This document shows, in pieces, positions 1 to 10,800 of a stretch of DNA of 64,000 nucleotides. The notes beneath the pieces are model-generated. The model made no database searches and was not told the origin of the DNA. It saw nothing but the letters and a program-made list of their open reading frames with translations. A program made the translations under genes and the position numbers. The stretch is from Lingula anatina (lineage: Eukaryota; Animalia; Brachiopoda): NCBI GenBank assembly GCA_051362555.1, contig CM120649.1, forward strand, positions 19,420,567 to 19,484,566. Direction: 5' to 3'. Position 1 is the stretch's first letter, and every line of letters begins with the position of its first letter.

Positions 1-398
1 CATGAAGTTGTGACATCATCACATTTTGATATCATGGTGTGATGTCACTTGACTTGTGATGTCATAGCTATGATGTCATCATTCTTGTGAGGTCAATAAC
101 ATGAGACACTATTGTGGTACAATTTGTTAATTGTTATTTTTGATCATCTGTTGAAATTAATGTATTTAAAATTCTTTTACTTTCAATTGTAAGTGCAGCT
201 ATAGCACAATGTATTCAATTAGAAGAAAGAGTTATTTTCAAGTGAAGAGTTTGATCATTTTACCAGTGTTACTAGATTATGATGTCAAACTATTTTTGTA
301 GTTGATAAAAGATTTGTTATATTGAACTGTCAGACCTCCTGGATTGGAAACTAGAACACTTGTTTGTAAACTTCAATTATTGACCCAAATTGTTCTTC

Positions 399-404
399 AA
401 TAAA
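399..404 (+). terminator. Candidate polyadenylation signal of a convergent plus-strand neighbour outside the window
   Basis: AATAAA at 399-404, ATTAAA at 413-418, then GT-rich TGTTTCTGT. Positions 1-430 are T-rich like a 3' UTR. No coding exon is visible. Confidence 0.25.
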
Positions 405-690
405 GTTTTGATATTAAACTTGTTTCTGTATTAATATAGACATACCCATTTTATTCTTTGCACTTAAACTTTTAAGTTCTCATCTTTTCTGTAGCATTCA
501 TCAGGTCAACGCCTACCGATCAGTGTCACCATGGTTACAGAAGCAGAAGAAAGCAAACGATTTAAATGCACTTGTCTAGAAAAGATGAAGGTATTAAAGG
601 GATAATAACTCTTCGTTTCGGCCAAAAAAAATTTTTTTTCCTGGAGTAAACAACAATTTTCCCATACTTACCAATGGTAAATGAATCCAT

Positions 691-3600
691 TTTTATGTAC
701 AGACACAGATGTGTCTGTACATATTGCCATCACCTGCGTCTGTCGTCGCCGTCACCGATGCCGATGCCGATGCCGGCGCCGGCGCCGTGCACTTTCCTTG
801 TAAACACGATAAGTGGAGGGCAGTTTTACTTTTTGGCTTTATATTTACAGAGCTGATGAATATTCATAAAACACTGGTCAAGTTCGAAAATCAGCATGAT
901 CGGGCCATTATTGTAGAAGTTATGCTGTTTTTTCACTTTTCAGCATATATGCAACACTGTAAACACATTTAAAGGAAAACCGTTAGGCCTGTTGTCATGA
1001 AACTCACAGGAGTAATCAATCATACTAAAACGCAGGTCAAGTTAAAAAATCGGCATGATCGGGCCAGTATTTTAGTACTTATGCTGTTTTTTTCATTTTA
1101 CAGCATATATGCAACACTGTAAACACAATATAAGAAAAACAGATAGACCAATTGTCATTAAACGCACAGGAGTGGTCAATCTTACTAAAACGCCGGTTGA
1201 GTTCAAAAATCAGCATAATCGGGCCATTATTTTAGAAGTTATGCTGTTTTTTTCACATTTCCTCAGATTCAATTCTTAGGCATGTTAACAGTCTCATTAT
1301 TTAACTAATAAGATACGTAAAAGTGTTTGTTTGACATATCCTGCATCTTTACAACATTGTTAGTTGATTTTGTAAAAATGATGGTAAACTTGTTATCGTG
1401 TATTGTGTAATAAAGTTTCAAAAATGGAAATAAACTCATATCATTGCAGTTTGTCAGATTCAATTATTCACTATGTTCAGAATCTCAGAATGGAGGAAAT
1501 TGGACATTTAACACTGTTGTATTGATATTTTTCCCATCTCATCAATTTTCTTAGTTGATCGTATAAAAATGGCAGTAACCTGTTAATTTTGTTTTATGAT
1601 AGAAAAATTGTTAAAAATGAAAAAAAAAAAACATTTCAGAACAGTGCGGTCTTGTTTACATTTTGGCATTTTCAAGTTGTGGCTTTGAAGTTCCTTGGGA
1701 CTGAAGACCTTTGCTAGTCACATTTTCTGAATATCCATGATACTAATATTTTATTATTAAAAATTGATGGTCATTATGCTGTTAAACATTATGTAATATT
1801 GCCTCAAATTTTGAAAAAAACCTATTTTGGGCACTGCTCCAATGATGACCATTTAAGAAAAACCATGTCACTTACTGTTCTCAAACAGTACAGTAAATAT
1901 GTACAGATGTGTCTGTACATATTACCATCACCTGCGTCTGTCGTCGCGGTCACTGTTGCTGTCGCCAGCGCCGTGCACTTTCATTGTAAACATGATAAGT
2001 GGAGGGCAGTTTTACTTTTTGGCTATATATTTACAGAGCTGATGAATATTCATAAAATGCAGGTCAAGTTCGAAAATCAGCATGATTGGGCCATTATTGT
2101 AGAAGTTATGCTGTTTTTTCACTTTTCAGTATATATGCAACACTGTAAATACATTTCAAGGAAAACCAATAGGCCTGTTGTCATAAAACTCACAGGAGTA
2201 ATTGATCTTACTAAAACGCAGGTCAAGTTCAAAAATCGGCATGATCGGGCCACTATTTTAGTAGTTATGCTTTTTTTTTCACTTTTCAGCATATATGCAA
2301 CACTGTAAACACAATATAAGAAAAACAGATAGTCCAATTGTAATTAAACTCAAAGGAGTGGTCATTCCTGCTAAAATGCAGGTTGAGTTAAAAAATCAGC
2401 ATAATCGGGTCATTATTTTAAAGAAATGCCGTTTTTTCACATTTCCTCAGATTCAATTCTTAGGCATGTTAACAGTTTCATCATTTAATTAATAAGATAC
2501 TTAAAAGTCTTTGTCTGGCATTTCCTGCATCTTTACAACATTATTAGTTGATTGTGTAAAAATGATGGTAAACTTGTTATGGTGTATTGTGTAATTAATT
2601 TTCAAAAATGGAAATAAACTCACATCATTGCAGTTTTTCAGATTCAATCATTCAATATGTTCAGAATCTCAGAGTGCAAGAAATTGGACATTTAACACTG
2701 CTCTATTGATATTTTTCCCATCTCAATTTTCTTAGTTGATCATATAAAAACGGCAGTAAACTGTTAATTTTGTTTTGTGTTAAAAATTGTTAAAAATTGT
2801 AAATTGTTAAAAATGTCTTGTTTACATTTTGGCATTTTCAAGTTGTGACTTTGAAGTTCCATCGGCCTGAAGACCTTTGCTAGTCACATTTTCTGAATAT
2901 CCATAATACTAATATTTTATTATTAAAATTGATGGTTAGTATGCTGTTAAACATTATGTATTGCATCAAAATTTGAAAAAAAAAAAAAAAAAAAAAAAAC
3001 TATTTTGGGCACTGCTCCCATGATGACCATTTAAGAAAAACCATGTCACTTACTGTTCTCAAACTTACAGGAAAGAAACATGGGACTAAAATACAGCTTC
3101 AGTAGGCAATGCAGTCTGTTTGGTAATTCTTACTGCCAGTTTTTTTGTGAAAATTTAATTTTTCACATATTGGCATTTTCAAGGTGTGTTTTTGAAGTTC
3201 CACGGGCTTGAAGACCCATGCTAGTCACATTTGCTGAAAATCCATGATACGTATATTTTATTATTAAAAATTGACGGTCATTATGCTGTTAACCATTATG
3301 TAATATGGCATCAGAATAGAAGAAAACACAATTTTGGGTGCTGCTGCCATAATGACCATTATGGGAAAATCATGTTACTTATGATTGCCAAACTTTCAAA
3401 AAAAAAAAAAAAAAAAATACAGGACTAAAATGCAGGCTGAGTTGGAAAAGCAGTCTAATTGGCTTCTTTTTCTGGAAGTTATACATTTTCAAAGTGTGAA
3501 TTTGAACTCCCATGGGCCTGAAGCCTTATGCTTGTTACACATTTTACTTACATTGGTATTACCTTTTGAGCATAATTAAAATTTGATGTTCAATTTGCAG

Positions 3601-3702
3601 TTTAACATAATGTACTTTTGCATCAGAATTGACAGTAGTCTATTTTGTGCATAGTTATTTCCTGTTTTTTGTCTGTACATTTGACAGCTTTGCTGCCTTG
3701 TT
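691..3702 (+). mobile_element. Non-autonomous Helentron/HINE-like (DINE-1/pearl-type) element with duplicated 5' ~1.2 kb
   Basis: It starts in a T-run, followed by a perfect 13-bp inverted repeat (TATGTACAGACAC 694-706, GTGTCTGTACATA 711-723), a GTC/GCC microsatellite and ~160-bp internal tandem units (GGTCAAG-type anchors at 876, 1035, 1195). The 3' end has a subterminal TGTCTGTACAT (3670-3680), a short CAGC-TTT-GCTG hairpin and terminal CTTGTT. Segment 691-~1887 is repeated from ~1898. Confidence 0.7.
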
Positions 3703-4027
3703 ACATTCAAAGTTAGTCCGTTTTTTTTTTCTAAAAAGTTTGGTTATTTTGTTAAAAACTCTTAAGAGATTTTAACAGAGTATAGCCATAAATGGAGGTC
3801 ACGTAGTCTAAAGACAAGCTCAGATATCAGAAAAAATAGCTGTAACTGCCGTTTTTGTGGTAAAACAGAATATATTATATTTCTATGAGTTGTTCACAAT
3901 GTTTTTCTCACACGAAGAGTTATTATTCCTTTAAGTTTACTTTTAAATTACATTATCAAGAGATCAGGACGTGGAGTGCTATATATATAATAAAGAACCA
4001 CAAGACTGGAACTGCATTTTGCATAGT

Positions 4028-4033
4028 TTTATT
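4028..4033 (-). terminator. Candidate distal polyadenylation signal (AATAAA) of glypican-4/6
   Basis: TTTATT on the plus strand near the boundary with the transposon region. Alternatives are at 4448, 6430 and 7298. Usage is not established. Confidence 0.3.
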
Positions 4034-6476
4034 CCAATAAAATAACACTTTAATGAATGACTGATGACAGTATACAGTGGGAGTCTGTACCAAATGGGGA
4101 ACAGAGACAAAAAGCACTTATTTCAATCTTCCCTTTACTGCATAATTACACTTTTTCTAATTACCCTGTACAAATTAATACTGTAACAGACATCTGAGAT
4201 TTTCTATATAGATACACGTAAATGAACTTACAGTTTCAGAGCACAGCACACTCTGTTACACTAGCTTTTGTTACTGTCAACTCAAAGAAACTGTCTTAAC
4301 AACGGAAAGAAAAAATATGTTTAGCAACTGAAATGTGGTCCATCTGCCTAAATCTTGGAGCATCTAAGCAGTACTCTACATCACCAAAACAAGACGTTTG
4401 CTGTACGCTTACGCTCCCAGAATTTGTGTTTGAACAGGTGTTCTTCATTTATTAATATCTTACTGCTTTCACCCCCCCCCCTTCCCTCTCTCCAAAGATG
4501 ATAAGACATCTTCAATCTCACTAGAATGTCCTCTGATATATACACAGAAAAAAACTAACAAGAAAGCATTTTTTAAGAAAACCCATGATCCATTCTCAGG
4601 TTTAGCAAAGTCCCAAGACTGCAAGTTTTTTAATGCCACGTAATGAAAGTAGAGCATGATATCCTCTCTACAGTGCAGACCTAAAAGGACGGAAATGTTA
4701 CTACATGTACCAAAAACCTTTATAAGTAAGACAAGAGAAAACTGCCTCTTGTTTCTATGCAATATGGTCTCTAGTGGATGACTTAAGATGCTCAAAATAA
4801 GATTTGGGGTGACTACATATATCCATTTCACATTTCCATAGCACTAAGCTTTCAAATGAAATATCAAAGTTAATCATAGTATACTTTCAGTTCTTACACC
4901 AAAAACCATGTGACCCTGTTGCTATGGGTTCCTGTTGCCAAGGTAATCAGACAAATACTTAAACAATTTTCATCTTGTGACTTGTTGTAAGGTGCTATTC
5001 ACCTTCATGTGCTATCTGCTCAAAGACATTCCCCTGCTGTATTCCAGAAGTTTACAAAATTATCTTTCATGAAACTGGGTGATAAGAAATCAGAACAAAG
5101 ACCCATTTGTAACAAAAAAAAAAAAGAAGAGCGTGGGTGCAGTCACTTGTGTATCGTTACAAAATCGAGTGCATTCTGCCCAAATTGAGGCCTAACTGTA
5201 CAAATGACAATACATTAACAACAACAGTGTTCTCTCCTACAATAATGTAACATGCTCCCTATGTTGATATAAACGTGAGTGAATATGATGATTACAGTGA
5301 GTCGTCTGCTTGTATATGTATTATACAATATTCATAGGATTTCTTTAATGAGTTAATGTACATATATAATACCCTATCAATGTAACACGTTCCGTGTTAT
5401 GAAATACCACACACACACACATCAGAATGAGAAAGATTCAAAAAGATTGAGAATTTCATTTTGCACCACTTCTTGCAAAAATGATCAGGTGACCTAATTG
5501 AAAATCAAAACCTTTCAAATGTTAATCAAATATGGATAAAGAGGTTTGATAAAAGTCTGGGAGCTCTTCCTTAGTTGCTCTCGTTCACCTTCAGAATCTT
5601 TCTCATGTATTCACAATTTTAAACATACTTATTTTCAACCCATTTTAGACACCTACCCACTATTTTTTGTATAAAAAAATACTGAAGTAGGTGTTCTCAA
5701 TATAAATGCAGTAATACAGACTGTAAAAGAAAACGGCTGAACCAGCTCCATGTTTGAAATACAGAATGCCAGTGTTTTGTTACAGAAACATAAATTGTTC
5801 TACAAAACAAAAACATATAATCTAACATATATATCATGATTTGAGACTATAATAGTGAAAGGATTTGCTATATAACATCAATATGTTTTTTGGTTGAGAT
5901 TGGATATCAGATATTACTAATCTTTAGGATTATGTTAGCATGATTTTTCTTTTTTAGTATATCAAACTTTTCTCTATAAAAACAAACCAATGTTGGCAAG
6001 TATTTTCTTTTTTCGATTCTATTCTATGATGCTGAAAAACAACGCCCTGAGTGCAAAAATACATCACTCCACTCTCCCCCACTTGGTCGCAATGGACCAG
6101 CTCACTTCATAGACTGGACCAGTCCATTCCTGAACTCAGGGGATGTGAAGTTAGAACACAGGGCAAGTTTTTTTTAAAAAGTAAATTGTAAAATGTGATA
6201 TTAAAACTTGTAAATATAGTCTTTTAGAGCTTGAATGAGGCGCACACGAGGTATGATGAAGTTACATGAAATTAAATCTAAAAATCTAATCAATAAGAAT
6301 AAGTTGTGTTTTGTCTCTCAAAAAATGAAATAAAAATAAAATAAAGGCAAAATAAAAGTAAAACTACATATTGGATAACACCTGTACAGAATATAATCAT
6401 ACTAACTATGAAATTTTCAAGTGCCTTCATTTATTTCTATGTGACACACTTTTCTTAGCATGATTGTCCGTGAACC

Positions 6477-6640
6477 TGTTCCCTGTGACAATCTTCTGGT
6501 CTTGTTCCCTGTGACACTCAATAACAAACCAATCACAACTTGTGTAACAAATATCTCTGTGGTATTTCCCACAGTTCTGTTCCCTGTGATGTCTTCACAG
6601 CTTTGTTCCCTGTGACAGAAGGCTTTTGTTCCCTGTGACA
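6477..6640. repeat. Degenerate ~25-bp minisatellite with TGTTCCCTGTGA core in putative 3' UTR
   Basis: The core occurs at 6477, 6503, 6578, 6604 and 6627. Confidence 0.8.
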
Positions 6641-7598
6641 CCAAGGTTGAATGCCTAGATATTTAAAATGGTGGCCCTGCTTAAAAGAACCAAAATACTA
6701 CCACTCAACATGGAGTACACACTCAGGCACTAGTCTAACTCCTCCAATCTGTGCGTTACTATAAAATGAGGCTTTACATTCAGTCTGCCATTGAACACTG
6801 CATTTCAGTGAAGTACAGAACACTTAAAAGTTGTTCAAAATATTTTTCACAATATCTATTGCAGTGCTCTGTCCACCAAGAGTTTCATGCCGCGCACGCA
6901 CACATGCACAGCCACGCGCAGGATCCTCCCGCGCAGACGCTAGATGCTGCATCAACCAATCCACTTTGTCCTAAAGTAATCAAACCGCATCAAACACGCC
7001 TCTGGCATGCTAAGTGACAGGATTAAATCAATAAATAATATGAATATTAACTTAAAAACTGGGCCAACCCTGGCTGTTTGAGCCCTGAAGGTCAGCTTGG
7101 AGTCCTGGGACTACAACATCAGTTCTGGTAACCATGGCATCTACTGGTTGCCATGGCATCTATCTCCATGGAGACATCTATCACCATGGAGATATGCAGT
7201 CTCTGCATTCTTTGAAGTTGTGTACTAATTTTCTCGTATTATGCTGTGGACCTCTATAGCTCCTCCACTTCTTGTTCACTTTAGAGAGCAGTATGCTTTT
7301 ATTGCTGTTTGTTTTCTACCGCACACTTTCCATCATGAAGCTTTCTTGTAACATCTTTTATGTTGTCATTTTCCCTGTATTTCTAGTATACATCACAGAC
7401 TCCAGCAAGACACAGCACACTTCTGCTGTATAGTAGGCATCACGTGATCAGTTGCCATGGTGATGATAAAAAACAATGACCTCATCAGTTTGTGATCATA
7501 TCTACAGATGACATCATCAGTTTTTGTTTACATGTCATGTATCACCATGGGTATAAATACACAATCCATTCACACTATGTGCACACAATCATTTTTCA

Positions 7599-7885
7599 TC
7601 ATAAACTGCTCTGTATCCAGGCTGTCACAGCGGCCAGCAACATCAATATCACCACGGAGCCTGTCTTGGAAGTGGCTCCTCCTCTTGGTCTGTTTTCCAC
7701 TGGTGTTGGTGGCATCTTGCTGGTGCTGGTTGGTGGGTTGGTATGGTGGTGGTGGTTGTAACGTCTGGTGGTGGAGTCTTCGTGGAAGGTGTAGCCCGAA
7801 CCATTCTCATCATCATCTATGCCTGCGCCACTGCCACTTCCACTGCCGCTACCAACATCCACCAGCGTGTCATCAATTGTGTCAG
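7599..7885 (-). CDS. GPC6: Glypican-4/6-like exon 8 (GAG attachment cluster, GPI signal, stop)
   Basis: Acceptor TTTTTCTTCCAG|CT. Contains the acidic-flanked GSGSGSGSG...DDDENGSG and the C-terminal [27 protein letters not shown]. Ends in tandem TGA TGA. Confidence 0.92.
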
Positions 7886-10800
7886 CTGGAAGAAAAAGAT
7901 TCACTGATAGGTAAAAACTCAAACAGAATGTTCACTCAAACTTTGTTCATCTTAAACAATGTTAGTATTATAATATGTAAACAAATACTGGACATACAGC
8001 TGTAAAAGTACACTTTATTCTTTTCTGAGTCAGGAAGCAATAGGACAACACAACAGTTTTGTTTCTACAACCATTTCAAACACTGTTTATTCAGCAAGAA
8101 TAATTTTATATTTAACAAAATGGTAACAGCCAAGAATTATACAGAATGATAAATTGGCCAAAAAAAATTACGAGAAGAAAAAATGTTTGTTATGAATTTC
8201 AAAAACTTTTCCATTTATTCTGAATATTTTGAAACATCTATATAAGAATGGGCAGTCTTCTACTGCTATGTTAATAAATCTATAAGACAAAGTCCACGAG
8301 AAGTTGTCCCATTCCTGTGTAGACACATTGAGAGACACTGCCTGGACATCTCCATAATACTACATGTTAAATTGCTCTTTTGATCTTGTAATGAGGCTCC
8401 TGACAGCCATTACTACGCCCCTGATGAGCCGAGCAATTTGTTCATTCTACAAGGAATGCAGACTTTAAAGTGAAGACAATTGTATAATTGATAACGAACA
8501 GCAATGAATTGCCCTTTTCACCTTGGTTAAAATCATGGTGATATTAATGTAAAAATGCTCTTAGCATGCTGCATGTCTTTTTCCTTCGAATCTAAACTAA
8601 AAATGTTTTTCTTCATACGTTTATAGCATGATATCTTGGGTTTTATAATTTCCAGACAGAAAATTCAGGTTTGGAATGACCACAACCTCAAGAGTCTTAC
8701 ATCTAAATAGTTAACTTCTTTTTAATTTCAAGGCCACACACTTTTCATTTGATTGAATTATTACTGTTATTTTTTTTGGAGAGGCAGATCTCCAATCAGA
8801 CCATCTCACTTTTTAGGATATTCTTAAATTTTTCATGGTCAAGAACAAATTCTGACCACATCATCTTGTCCCAGACCACCAGTGTCCAAATTCTCCCACA
8901 TCTTTCTGTACCCGTTGCTCCCCCTGCCCCCGTTAACGTACCCCAGACATGCAATGGGACCATAACCCCTCTGTTGCTAGTGCTCTGCCTCATGCAAATC
9001 AGCTTGTTTTGCTGCTTTAAAGGATCATTAAGTGTCTGACCGCTGTCAGAGAGAAGGGACGGTCATTTGTCTCCCTGTTGACCACAATGACCACCGGGAT
9101 GACTTAACCCCGAGAGAAATTGCCAACTCATTTTTTCAAATTCATATATAACCACTGTGTATTTTAAATCAACTGGTGAGTGGCACTTACACAAGACAGT
9201 AGGTTTGAAAGAAAGCATGAATGAAAGACCCCACACAGAGGGGGTAAACAATTATGTTCACCTTTTCCTTGGGCGTTTCAAATACAGGCACATGTTACTT
9301 GATATTTTCCAAATACGTTACAAGTACAGAACTGTTACAGTTCTCACCTACTGACACACACTGTAAGGCTTGAAAGTGAATATAAAATTTTCAACAATAA
9401 TAAAGCTACTGTAAATATTCTCCAAATATCCAAGCCTTCCAGTCTTACCCATATCCATCCAGTCCACGTCAAGGCCGAGGTGGGCATTGCTCAGTTTGGT
9501 GTGGATCAGTTTCAGGCGCAGTATTTGCTGCTGGACTATCATGTTGTGTCGCCTGGTATCCACGGTAACCTCTGGGTTGTGCGACTGTGCCTTGATACCA
9601 TCTTGTACCACGTCATGGGGATACCTGGAGAGAGGGAGGAAAGCCATGAAAATTATGTCCTTGACGGAGATAACAGTAACATCCGATTTGAATACGTGCA
9701 TTGAGATCATTTATTTGGCAGAGATTTCACCAAGGAGTAATGCATACCTTGAATGCAGTTTTTAAATCAACTGAACAGCAACTTTCCAACATTCTAATTT
9801 TAAACAAAATAAAATCATTCTCTTGAAAATGAACTTATACACTGTGCAAAATTTAATTCCTTACTTAAAAAGATCATTTTGATAAAGCTAATGTACTCTT
9901 AGTGCCCTTCCTACCTCCCCTGGTGTTCGCCATTCCAACAATTTCCCTCGGTTCCATTCCTGGCGACGAAAGCAAACTGGTCATGGTTACATAGAGTGTA
10001 GGGGAGAAGAGTCCAGAAATCCTTCGTCACTTCCACTTGCTTCACTATGTCTGACACCAGGCGTTCAAGATTGGTTCCCGCCGCTGTCGTGGGACGTGCC
10101 ATGCCGCCATTGCCTGTTGGCTGGTAACGCCAGTTCCCGTAGGCATATTCCTCGTAATCCGCCTTCCTCTTCCTGCGTCCCTTGAAACGTGGCTGGCCAC
10201 AAGAAGTGAAAACCTGGAAGTGGAGAGAACGATGACATCTTATAGTTATTCACCAAATATAACTGGTAGAAACTCCAAAATATGGAGAAATAATATCAAG
10301 ATGTGGACAAGACTTTATTGAACTGCTGTTTCAAGATTTATGCATTTTGATATTAAGTCTATTGCAGTCCTTTAAACAGGTAATATTTTATATAGTACAA
10401 ATACCCTTTGACAACTAGTGTATAGAATTCACAATCATAACTTTCTACATAATCCTTTCAATCCTACAATTTTCCATAAAAATGCAAGCATTTTTATCAT
10501 CTAATGCACAATTCTTTCTTTTGCTGCTACATGACTTAATGCATATTAAACATAATTAACAGCATTATCTGCTTATGTATTCTGTTCACAGTAGTCGTTG
10601 AAATTTGCAAGTAATTAATTGTCATGTTTTATAAAAGCTTCCATTCACTCTACACAGGCCAATATTTCTGTATCCTATGCATACAACTTCCAGGCAATTT
10701 TTCTCTATAATTAGGACCTTTCTATGGATAACATGTAGCAAAAATTGTCTGATCAATTCATGTAGTGAGCTACAGAACTAGATGTGGTGACTCAGCCTTC

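Noticed and set aside
674-2492. Paired ORFs 709-972 and 1799-2308 (and neighbours) with similar peptides, as a duplicated gene
   Set aside because: They lie in the duplicated non-coding HINE-like repeat. There are no transposase or helicase motifs, and the stops differ between copies.
6477-6640. CRISPR-like repeat-spacer pattern
   Set aside because: The context is eukaryotic, the core is only 12-14 bp, spacing is irregular and there are no cas genes.
7596-7601. Stop-codon readthrough or selenocysteine at TGA
   Set aside because: Tandem TGA TGA follows a complete GPI signal, and I recognise no readthrough context or SECIS.
7492-8005. Plus-strand ORFs antisense to glypican exons (also 9480-9765, 25755-26003, 58722-59099)
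   Set aside because: These are shadow frames of real minus-strand exons with no independent coding or splice evidence.
10065-10256. 63-aa minus-strand ORF as part of the glypican
   Set aside because: It is the wrong frame. The phase-0 acceptor at 10213 opens the VFTSCG frame that continues into RPTTAAG.
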